Part shown: positions 25,101 to 37,100 of the stretch, piece by piece
How the letters are laid out: every line of letters starts with the position of its first letter
How positions within the stretch are numbered: position 1 is the first letter of the stretch
Notes under the pieces: model-generated
Told to the model about the DNA's origin: nothing
Database searches by the model: none
The model's input: only the letters and a program-made list of their open reading frames with translations
DNA from: Ostrea edulis
Taxonomy: Eukaryota
Reading direction: 5' to 3'
Length of the DNA stretch: 64,000 nucleotides
Assembly (NCBI RefSeq): GCF_947568905.1
Contig: NC_079164.1
Location: forward strand, 95,604,001 to 95,668,000
Position numbers and translations under genes: made by a program

Positions 25101-28100
25101 TTTCACTAGACTAATGATGTGGGATATTGTCATATCATTTCTGGACTAGATGTGCATGTCCTTTTTACTCATGTCGTGATCTGGGTGCTTGTTAATTGTT
25201 GAAATAACAAGAAGTTGGTTTTTTTTAATGATGTAAAACTAAATAAAATATGAATAAATTATACCACTTTAAATTTAAATTCACATATATTGTTACTCTC
25301 TTTATTGCTTTTAAAAGACAAGTGTCTTATTACATCAGTTACAATATGTATACATAAAAAGGCATTGTATAGTGGTGTACAAATTCAAGCAACAGAGAAC
25401 TTTTCAACGAGTTATGTTTTCTCACAACTTAAGTGCACGACATAGATATTTCCCTAAATTACAAAGTGTATGCATATAGATTGTGACTTTTTTCCTTTTG
25501 AGTTTTACAACCTTTTCGTGTAATTTCACCTTTCTGAAACGACTGTACATTTTTTTCGATTGTAACAATTTCCTTTTTCCTTAGTCTACAATCTCTTGTA
25601 CAGGAAACTCGCGAATATTCCATTTAAAATTTCAGTCCCAAGCATAATATTTACCCGATTTATATCGCAATCAGGCAAATTTTCCATTCTGTTAAACGTA
25701 ATAGTATACCAGGTGGGAGATTTCATATCCGAATTACCCCGTACATCTCAAAGTCTGTCGAAATTCACACCTTCGGAAACAACGGTCTTGATTCCCTGAT
25801 CCTTGATTTTGTTAAATAAACAACAACTCGGGTTTTGGTAATTACCTCACACAACGCTGCATGTTAATTACACGTTAACCAATTGATAGCTTGGGTATAA
25901 TAATTGATTCAGAGTGCCGGTTAAAGCAGATCACCACCGAACTAGTACCTGTGCATTTTAAAACGAAAGTGTTAGGGGTGATAATTTCCAGAATAGTCAT
26001 GCTCCACTGAAATCGAAAGTAGGAATCGCGTTGTAATCGAAAAAAATCTACAGTCGTTTCATAAAGGTGAAATTACACGAAAAGGTTGTAAAACTCCTGA
26101 TCGTTGGTTGCATTAGACAGGTGGTCGTTTAGGACAGGTACAATAGGTTGGGCAACGCCTTGGAGGGGAAAGGTTTACGGAAACATTGAGTTATCTGCCC
26201 ATTTATCAATCTTTTTTCCGTACTTAAGTTAATGTAGGATGGCTCCGCTATTCTCCTTCTTTTGTAATAAAAGAAACGTAACGTGATACGTTTTCATTTT
26301 TATCATAATCCACAGGCACCCATGTTTTTTATTTAACCTGGAAAACAACCACCCATACAAATATATTTTCCCAAATCACCCCCACCCATCCAAAAAAATA
26401 TCGGCTGCCATCCCTCCCCCCATACATTTTTTGCTGGAATAGCCCTGAGCGGTTTCAGAGGAGTTGTGCTGACTGACTGGTCAAAAACATAACCAGTACA
26501 ACTCATTACATGGAGTAAATAAACACATGAAATGCTAAATATATGTTATTTTGTTGGTTTTCCATACCATATGCAGGATATTATTTGCATTTATTATAAT
26601 TTCATGTAAAATAGTAGAATCTGACTGGCCAATAGACAATTGAAAAAACTCTGTTTCCCTCGGAGAATAGAACGTACACGCTCCAAGGTGATAGTATCTA
26701 GCAACGGGTAACAGTACTTGACAACAGTTAACAGTACTTGACAACGGGTGATATTACAAAATTATCACATGCAACAACTTTATGCATGTACAGTTCCTGA
26801 TAGATTATTAGACGTTGTTTGAGCGTTTGTAATAAACGCGAATACATGCATTGATACACAAAATATCGCGTGACTGTGACTGATCAAATGTCACAAGACG
26901 CAAGTTTTCTGCTTTGATGTTTATATAACATTCAGTATAATAAAACAAATATTGCATGTAGTTGAGGGTTACATTGAAAATTTTCACCCCTTGAAAAATG
27001 CCTCGGTTGACAATTGTTTTCTAGGGGTGAAATCTTTCCATGTTAACTTAAACTACATGCAACATTCATATATGACTTTTCATTTTTAGTAATGGTATTT
27101 TCAATGGTATTTTATATTTCCTCCTAGTACCTGTATATCTTTAAGAAGAACTTGCTTTTTATCATTTCATACATGCCAGGTTTTTGAATTGTAAAAGAGG
27201 AGGATTTTATTTGGCCTGGGGTTTGTCTAACGATATCGTGTTGTCCTCTGTGTAATATCGAAAAATTACACGTACTTTTTTCGCAATAAGCAAATCTGCT
27301 TCCTTTTTTGGATTGATTATTGCCCGGATATGTTTTATATTCATTCCTAAAACGCTGGTCATATTGTTTTTTATTCTTCTGACCGCTATCGAACTGGTCG
27401 TCAGTCATCGTCCATGCTTATTTACGAACTAAAAACGTTTAATCCTCTGTGCGTTTGACATTACCGAACAACTTCAACACAATTACAACCCCATACATGA
27501 TTGTAAGTATAAAATCGGAACCAGTAACAGATGAATCAGAAATCCGGAAAATATCTTTGGAAGCGCGTAGGGCGTATTTCATTCACGTTTTACAAATTAC
27601 GTGCAAATTGGAAGACATGGCACGTATGTCAGTTTTGATTATTTTCCTCACTAACTGTAGGTGCAACATATCTCATGTATTCAGAGTAGCACTAAATGCT
27701 CCTCCTACATTAATTATTAAATTACATATTTGTTCCACACCAATTTTGCTAATTTACAAGAATATGAATTAAGTATTCACTAGAATGTGTAAATGGTGAT
27801 TCACTGTACTGCAATATCTGATCTCAATGTAACAGATACTAGAAAAATTTAAAATACCCGGTCCAGACACATTCTGTTCCACTGTGAAAGGTCCGTTTTG
27901 TAATGTCCTTTGAACTGATTGGTCAGATACATGGCTTGTGGGTTGTTGGTATTCATTGTGGCTGGGCTGGTCCAGATCTGGTACATGTCCCCAGGCACGC
28001 CAGCCACTCCCTTCATTAGAGTCATGTATCCTGTAAAGAAACCAATTCACAAAATAATCGCACTATTCATTTAATGATGCATATAAATCTGTGTTTCATT

Positions 28101-31100
28101 CATAAGAAACTCACAAGCACTGATATAAGGGTATTCAAGCAATAGTCACACTTTTATTATATTAGTACAAACCACTGGGAGGCAGAACCTGGTAGTTGAT
28201 CACTGATCCAGAGGTGGTATCTGAAATGTAAAAATTCAACATTTTAATGTGTATCTCAACAGAAATTACAGCATAGGTTCAATTCTTATAATGAAACATT
28301 TGAAAAGATTCAGATGGACCAGCTTGCGTGTTTTTACAGATCTCTCACGTTTTGTCAATTAACATTTAGACCACTACATGGAATATTTATATTTTATTAG
28401 AATTAATGTATTGTTAGTTTGAGCAAGACAATGTGCTCTAGCTGTGGTTTAATGTGACCAAATGTAGTGACAATACTAACCCTTCACCTGACATGAAAAT
28501 CTGACTTTCTCATTCAGCTTAGCTCAATATATATACACTTTGTCATACTCTTCTATTGCCACCCCACCCCCCATTTGCAAATACAGCATGTCGTTTGGTC
28601 AAATGTTGTCTGATGTATATCATACCAATTATTAGGCTAGCTGTTCTTTACATATTGATTTTGACTATAGATAACTCCGTTTTACCTTATCAAGATAAAA
28701 GGCTCATGCCGGGTGTGACCTTTCGACATGGGAATTGCTTATACTTCTAGATACCTGATCCCACCTCCAGTGTTTCCAGAGGTCCTTGTTAGCCCTACAC
28801 TTAATTTTGCATTCTTTATGGGAATTATGAGATTTATCACTGTTATCTTCATTTGTTTCCTGTTTGACAGAGTGTGACAGTCTTATCATTTTCCACTTAC
28901 TGCAGAATCCACAATAGAGTCGACAGTTGTCAAGGGCCCAAGGTTGAAACTGTCCAGTACAGCTGCTCTTTCCATAAGCATTACAGTTGTTGATTTTGTC
29001 TTGACACTGATTGCTTGGTGTGGGGGCGGGAGCTGTCACAGCTCCTCCTCCATCTATCAATTCAAACATAACCCTTGTTAGAGAGGCTCTTTCAATGACG
29101 GTAATTTTTTTCACAAATTAATTTATTGTAAATACTAAGTACTTTGCATTTTTATATTTGTATTTACAGAAAAACAAATACAGTATACACCATACCACGA
29201 AAAAAATGGTCAAATTGTTGACCATCAGAACTATAAACAGGATGATATATTGATCATTGACTGTAAATGGAGCTTTAACTCACTTAAACACAAGTTACAG
29301 TATTTGGGACAGTTATCTGTGGCCCATGGCTTGTACGTTCCCTGGCAGACAGATTTACCATACAATGCACAATTGTTTATTCTGTCCACACACACTGGTT
29401 GTACTGTCACAGCTGGGGCTAAAAATGCATTAGAAATGAAATTGAATACAGTGTAGCTGGCAGAATCTCTCCCAGACACATCAAGCTGAGCTAACAACAC
29501 TTCTCAATGTGGTTGTTTTTTATTTGAAACTAATGACTGAAAATTCATAAGGTGTACTACATTTTGAATCCGAAACACTGAAACAATTATTTCACTCTTT
29601 AGAGAGGGAGAGTCCGGGGAAAAAATTTTACTGAACAAAAGAACAAAAATTCCCAACTACAAGAAAGCGAAGCTGTATATACATTTAAGATCACTTACTG
29701 CAGAAACCGCAGGTTAGGTTACAGTGACTTCTCGCCCAGGGCTCGTACGCACCACGGCAGGCCACATCCTTCTGGTAGTTTTTACAGTTATCAATGGTGT
29801 CATGACAGAGTGGGTCAAGGTAAGGTCTGGCAGTGGGCCCACCAATGACGGGGGGCGTGGGAGAGGTATCTACGTTCTGACATCGCACCTCTGAACAGCA
29901 TTCCCCAGGCACATCATACAACTTGCAGGCTGCTGGGAGAGCAGTGTAGGTCTTACACCTTAAGAGAGAGAGGATCATTTATTTCAGGAATCACATATTG
30001 AAACATGATCCCTGTTACATATAGATTTTACACTCTTTATTGCTGATGAAATTTACTTCATATGTTAAAAGGGACTATAAAGCTATGAAATTGTTTTAAA
30101 GATTTCAGAAAATGATATTAAATTTACGTCGATATTCTGTTAAAATTTCAAAAACCCTACTAATATTTATAACTATACATGTGGGGGAAATGTACGCGCT
30201 TAACACGTGACCGCGTAATTAGTGTAAATTTTCCCCACACGTAAATAACCACTTTTACAGTTACAATAAGAGAAATATTCTGGAACTGATTTGATGATGA
30301 TGGTGATAAACCTGAGGAGTTACCTGGCTTGGCATTGATACGCTCCTCTGGTCTCGTCCACACAGGTACACGTGAAATCGCAGCCGTCCTCCCATTTGTT
30401 TCCCTGTCTGTACACTGATCCCTTGTAGATACACACATCTGGCAATACAAATTACATAAATTTACACTGAACCCTTGTAGATACACACATCTGGCAAATA
30501 CAAATTACGTTAATTTACTTTACTTAACTTTGTACCTGCCTGCTCAATACATACATATGAAATTTGATAGACTTTGAATCATACTGTTTACTTGGAAATA
30601 AAATGACCCTATCCATTTGCTCTCTCTCTATATATATCTTTATTTTAAATCGTGCGGTACTGGCTTAATGCATTTATAAATATGGCAACTGCAAAAATAG
30701 TTAAAACAATTTTGTGACAAAGTATTCTATGTTGCATTTAACACCCATGATACAAGATGCTAATGTGCCACAATCCTCACTTCAGTAAGTTGTATTTAGA
30801 AAAGAAATTTGAACTTTGAATTCCTTATAAAGGCCACATTGAGCCAAAGGCTTGAATCTACATAATATATCCATGAATTTCACAATACAATTCCAAAGTA
30901 AAACTTCATTTGAAACTCTCTTGAATCCACATTGTTCTTAAAAAGGCATGGACACGATTTGAGCTGAAAATTTTTAAATCTTATTTTTCCATTTTAAATG
31001 TTTAGAATGCTTAAGTAAGGTATTTCTAATGGTCAGCAAAAATTTCAATATCAGTTTTCAAGGTACATGTGAGATACAGAGCTCACAATTCTTTGATATG

Positions 31101-34100
31101 TTAACAAGGCTCTGCCATGTTTTTGTTTACATAAGTTAAATATACTATTAAAAGTTTTGTTTAAAGCAGAATTTTTAATTCACATTGTTCTTAAACAGCA
31201 AAGTATATATAGAAGCAACTCACTAGAGCGATTTGTAAAAGTGATAAAGTATATAATAAAAGATACCTTTATCAACAAGAGGCCAACAGGCCTTATTGGT
31301 CACCTGAGTATTAGTTATAACTTGAGGGTTATTAAACAACTCACTAGAGCAATTTGTAATGCTGTAAAACTTGAGGGTTTATACTAAGCGATTCACTAGA
31401 GCGATTTGTAAAACTGTAAAACTTGAGGGTTACTAAACAACTCACTAGAGCGATTTGTAATGCTGTAAAACTTGAGGGTTACTAAGCTACTCACTAGGGC
31501 GATTTGTAAAGCTGTAAAACTTGAGGGTTACTAAGCTACTCACTAGAGCAATTTGTAAAGCTGTAAAACTTGATGGTTTATACTAAACGATTCACTAGAG
31601 CGATTTGTAATGCTGTAAAACTTGAGGGTTACTAAGCTACTCATTAGGGCGATTTGTAAAGCTGTAAAACTTGAGGGTTACTATGCAACTCACTAGAGCG
31701 ATTTGTAAAGCTGTAAAACTTGAGGGTTACTATGCAACTCACTAGAGTGATTTGTAAAGCTGTAAAACTTGAAGGTTACTATGCAACTCACTAGAGCGAT
31801 TTGTAAAGCTGGTGCCGGAATCCGGTACACTGTATCCGGGTCTGAATCCGGTGAATCCTCCTGGGTAAGTTCCGTATACAGGGTATTGAGACCCAGGGGT
31901 GGTCAGGGGATTGACAGTGGAACCATCAGTGTTTCTACACATGGGCTGTGGACAGCATTCTCCACCAGCTCTCACTAGGTAACAGTTTGTGGGGAGCTTG
32001 TATGTGGGACATCTATTAATCAAAAGTTGGCACTTAAATTTTGACTCATTCACTTTATAATAATAGTAGATTTACACGTATTTACAGCTAAATCATGATA
32101 TCTTTAGTTCTAATTGATAATGTAAAGAAATTCTTTTCTCGCTGTGAAATTTGAAGGTGTTCAATAAAAGAAGTGCTCACTTTGGTGTACATTCGTAGTA
32201 TCCACTGTTGGCATCTTTACATTCGCAGGAATAATCACAACCATCGTCCCACTTATCTCCCTGGTTGTACAGTTTGTTCTTGTAAATACACAAGCCTGAA
32301 GAGAAAACCGCAGAACAAGAATTATTTGCCGCCAGTTAGGTTGTATACTTCACTTTGTCAATATTTTGATACACTGCAAAGGTATCTGACACTATCAAGA
32401 AATTTTTATGTTGCACGGGATTACAGAGCTACAGGGTGTCTTGAAACTACAAGGGATTACAGAACTACAAGGGATCTTGATGTTACAAGGTATTACTGGG
32501 CTACAGGGAATTTAGAAATACAAGGGATTCCACAAATATAAGGGATTCCACAAATATAAGGGATCCAACAAATATAAGGGATTTCAGAACTACAAGGGAT
32601 TGCAGGGATTTCAGAACTACAAGGGATTATGACATTACGATGAATCCTGGTATCATACCGACTAGGGGGTGTACTTACCGTTCCTGTTTCCTGTGAATCC
32701 GGTGGCTACTGTTCCAGGTGCCACCTGGCTACTACCACTGGTTCCAGGATTGTATCCAGGGTTGATGACATGGGGTACCACTGAGGGTTTGATAGATGGA
32801 GCTGGGGTGGGGTAGAGCTGAGGGGCAGGGTTGTATTTCCCAAAGTCTGGACTGTTACAGCTGAGAGTGGGGCAACACTGTCCAGGGACATTAACAAAAC
32901 TACAGTAGCTTGGCAGAGGTGGGTAGGTTGGGCACCTGTTGGGGAAAAAAAACCAATCCATGAGGACTACTGTAATATCCAGTGCAGCAATATATCGTGG
33001 GAGCACTGTATATGCAGATCAAAATCAGAAATACCATCATTAGTCTTACTTGGATGTACATTTGTAGAGACCAGTGGCTTCATTCTGACAGTTACAGACA
33101 TATTTACAGCCATCATCCCATGACTGTCCTTGGTGGTATATATTGCTCTTGTAAATACATCCACCTAGTAAAATAATAAATCTCGTTAGTTATTGAAGAA
33201 ACGTATACTATATCCACTTCATCCGACAGTAAAATATTAAATCTCGTTAGTTATTGAAGAAACGTATACTACATCCACTTCATCTGACAATAAAATATTA
33301 AATCTCGTTAGTTATTGAAGGAACATAAACTATATCCACTTCATCCGACAGTAAATACAAAACCATTTTATCATTTCAAAGCAAATAAACCCATAAACAA
33401 CTAAAATCTTAAGGATTTTTCCAGGAGTATAAAAATGTGCAGTGTGGATCTCTCTTACTCCTGCTTCCGGATGTGCCAGTGGATCCAGTGACAGGGAAAT
33501 TGGGCTGTCCAGATCCAGTGAAAACCTGGTGAGTTCCCACAGGGATCACATGCTGAATGTTAGGGGCCAGAGTGGGGGAGAGTGTGGGTCCACTTGGGAT
33601 CTGAGGAGTCAGAACCTGACCGTTAGGAGCCGTACATTCCACCTTCTCACAGCACTGGTCTGCGGGATCTGGGATCAGGTGGCAGTAGGTCGGGATGGAG
33701 GAGTAGGTTGTACATCTGTATTTACAACAAACAAAAGACAATCACGCGATCTCATTGCCAAGGACAAATAATGGTCCAAAATATTCTGCTTTCACCACAA
33801 TTTTTATATAAGTCAAAATTAAAAAAAATTCCTTTACAGTTTACTGCTTGTGGGATGACTATGAAATGATGAATCCCCATAATGATATTGGTTTGTAAGT
33901 GTTGACCCTTTATTTGTGTAGCACAAACCTGGCCTGACATCTGTAGCTGTTAGACAATGCATCAACACAATAACAAGTGGAATCGCAGCCGTCTTGCCAG
34001 TTGGAGCCTTGTGGGTGAAGACCTCCTTTGTACAGACACATGTCTACAAAACATTGACATATAACTCTGATGAGATATACTGTACAGACACACGTCTACA

Positions 34101-37100
34101 AAACATTGACATATCACTCTGATGAGATATACTGTACAGACACATGTCTACAAAACATTGACATATCACTCTGATGAGATATACTGTACAGACACACGTC
34201 TACAAAACATTGACATATCACTCTGATGAGATATACTGTACAGACACACGTCTACAAAACATTGACATATCACTCTGATGAGATATACTGTACAGACACA
34301 TGTCTACAAAACATCGACATATCACTCTGATGAGGTATTCTGGATCCAAGTGACATTTGCCTAATTCCCATCTAGACCATGCAAGTTTATTCCACTGTGT
34401 TTTCTCCAATCATTTGAACAGATCAATTTACATGTACAGTCAAACCTCGTGATCTCCAACTCGATGGGACCATCAAGGGTAAACTACTTAAAGATTAAGT
34501 GGTTGGGAATTTCGAATCACTTCGACATATCCATGATATTCAAGATATCAGTGTTCAAGATACCATAGTTCAACTGTACATAATATTTCTAGCAATTAGA
34601 AGCAAAATATATGCTGAATGGATACTCTATAATCCACACTATTAATAAACAATAAGGATCAAACTACTTGTCTTTATTTCATCATCAGAAAATGGACTCA
34701 CTTGCAGGTTTGGGTGTGGTGTTGGAGCCGCCACTAGGAGTGTAAGTGACGGGATTGATAACAAATGGCGTGGTTTTAGTTCCTGTGTTAGGTGAGTTGG
34801 TGTTAGGGTTGATGATGATGGGTCTTGTAGTCTGTGAGCCAGTGTTTGGTGAGTTAGTATTGGGGTTGATAACAATGGGTGTGACCGGCCCGGGGGTGGG
34901 GCTGACAGTGAATGATGGGGTGACTGTGGGGCCATATGTGGGTATGTATGGTGTACACTTGGCAATCTGACAACAGGCATCATTAGGATCACGTTCGTAG
35001 GAGCACTGAGCTGGAAGTGGAGGGTAAGTATAGCACCTGTCAAGAAAATAAAGGTCAGCACTATAAGTGTTACATGTACACTAAGGTATTACCCCTCACA
35101 CTGTACAGCTGTTACTTGTACACTAAGGTATTACCCCTCACACTGTATAGCTGTTACTTGTACATTAAGTATTACCCCTCACACTGTACAGCTGTTACAT
35201 GTACACAAGGTATTACCCCTCACTACACAAGGTATTACCCCTCACACTGTACAGCTGTTACTTGTACACTAAGGTATTACCCCTCACACTGTACAGCTGT
35301 TACTTGTACATTAAGTATTACCCCTCACACTGTACAGCTGTTACATGTACATTAAGTATTACCCCTCACACTGTACAGCTGTTACATGTACATTAAGTAT
35401 TACCCCTCACACTGTACAGCTGTTACATGTACATTAAGTATTACTCCTCACACTGTACAGCTGTTACATGTACATTAAGTATTACCCCTCACACTGTACA
35501 GCTGTTACTTGTACACTAAGGTATTACCCCTCAAACTGTACAGCTGTTACATGTACATTAAGTATTACCCCTCACACTGTACAGCTGTTACATGTACATT
35601 AAGTATTACCCCTCACACTGTACAGCTGTTACATGTACATTAAGTATTACCCCTCACACTGTACAGCTGTTACATGTACATTAAGTATTACCCCTCACAC
35701 TGTACAGCTGTTACATGTACATTAAGTATTACCCCTCACACTGTACAGCTGTTACATGTACATTAAGTATTACCCCTCACACTGTACAGCAAGAAGACAA
35801 CTGATATGCAAAGAGAACTATGTAAAAAAAAAAAGTCCACATTAATTGAAAATGCTGCAACTTTCAGGACAAGGTACATGTGCAAGGGTCCTATTTACTA
35901 GGAAGGAAAGCATCCACCACATACCTGTCAGTACACCTGTACTGTCCTCGATTGGCATCAATACACTCACACTTGTACTGACAGTTATCCTCCCATTTGT
36001 CTCCCTGGTTATAAGCCACACCCTTGTAGATACAGGCCTCTGTCAAAAGAGTCACAAATCAAATAATAAAGAGTCGAAAATCAAATAATAAACTGTACAT
36101 ACAGGCCTCTGTCAAAAGAGTCGGAAATCAAATAATAAAGAGTCGAAAATCAAATAATAAACTGTACATACAGGCCTCTGTTGAAAGAGTCCGAAATCAA
36201 ATTGTTAACAAAATTAGAATTTAATAGAATTCCGTCCTTAATTGCTTCTTTCTTTTTTACAAATGCTATGAAATCTTTTCTATAATCTCCAACCATACAG
36301 TCGTACATGTAGGTTTTGTTCATATTATACTAATCATTCCAGTCCCTCTCTCCACACTGAACATGGTAAATAAAACTAACTGGTGTTTCCATTGATGACT
36401 GATCCTGGGTATCCAGTGCCACTGGTTCCCGGGCTGATGCCACTTCCAATGAAGCTACCAGTGGGTACTGGTGAGGGGTAGATCATGACTCCACTCGTGG
36501 AGGGGTTCAACTGAGGGTTCAAAGTGACACCGCCAGGTCCTGGAGTGGGGTTTGGTTGAGGAGTTGGGTTCAGGATGTTGGGTTTGTTACAGTCTGGAGC
36601 TACACAACAACTGTCTTTAGGATCCGTCTTCAATACACATCCAGCTGAAATGCTGGGGTAAGTTCGGCATCTGAGTGTAAAAAGAAAAACGTTACATTTT
36701 CATAAATCCAATTAATATCAATCTAAACTCACTCTCATAAATAAACAGTAATTTGTTTCTAATTACCTGCTCATAAATTCTTAACACTTCCTATCAATAT
36801 TAGAAGTGAATGACATAAAAAATATACATGCAATATATGCTTCTATTACTTGGAACTTTTAAGTATACAATCTTCATTCAGACCTAAGAAGATCCCATGT
36901 CTTAATGGAATGAAAATGAATAATGGATAATGAAAATACTCAGCGTTTGATACTTCCAAATTAGTTCAAGATCCATACTTAAAGCATCAAATTTCTCTTG
37001 GAGCTCAATTTTTCAACAGTACTTGAACAGAGCTCCATTCGGATGTGTACCTACCTGGGATGACAGGAAATGTATCCGGTAGTGACATCATCACACTGGC

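Noticed and set aside
27769-28050. [20 protein letters not shown]...
   Set aside because: Wrong frame; phase continuity with neighbouring exons requires [11 protein letters not shown]... for exon 27858-28030.
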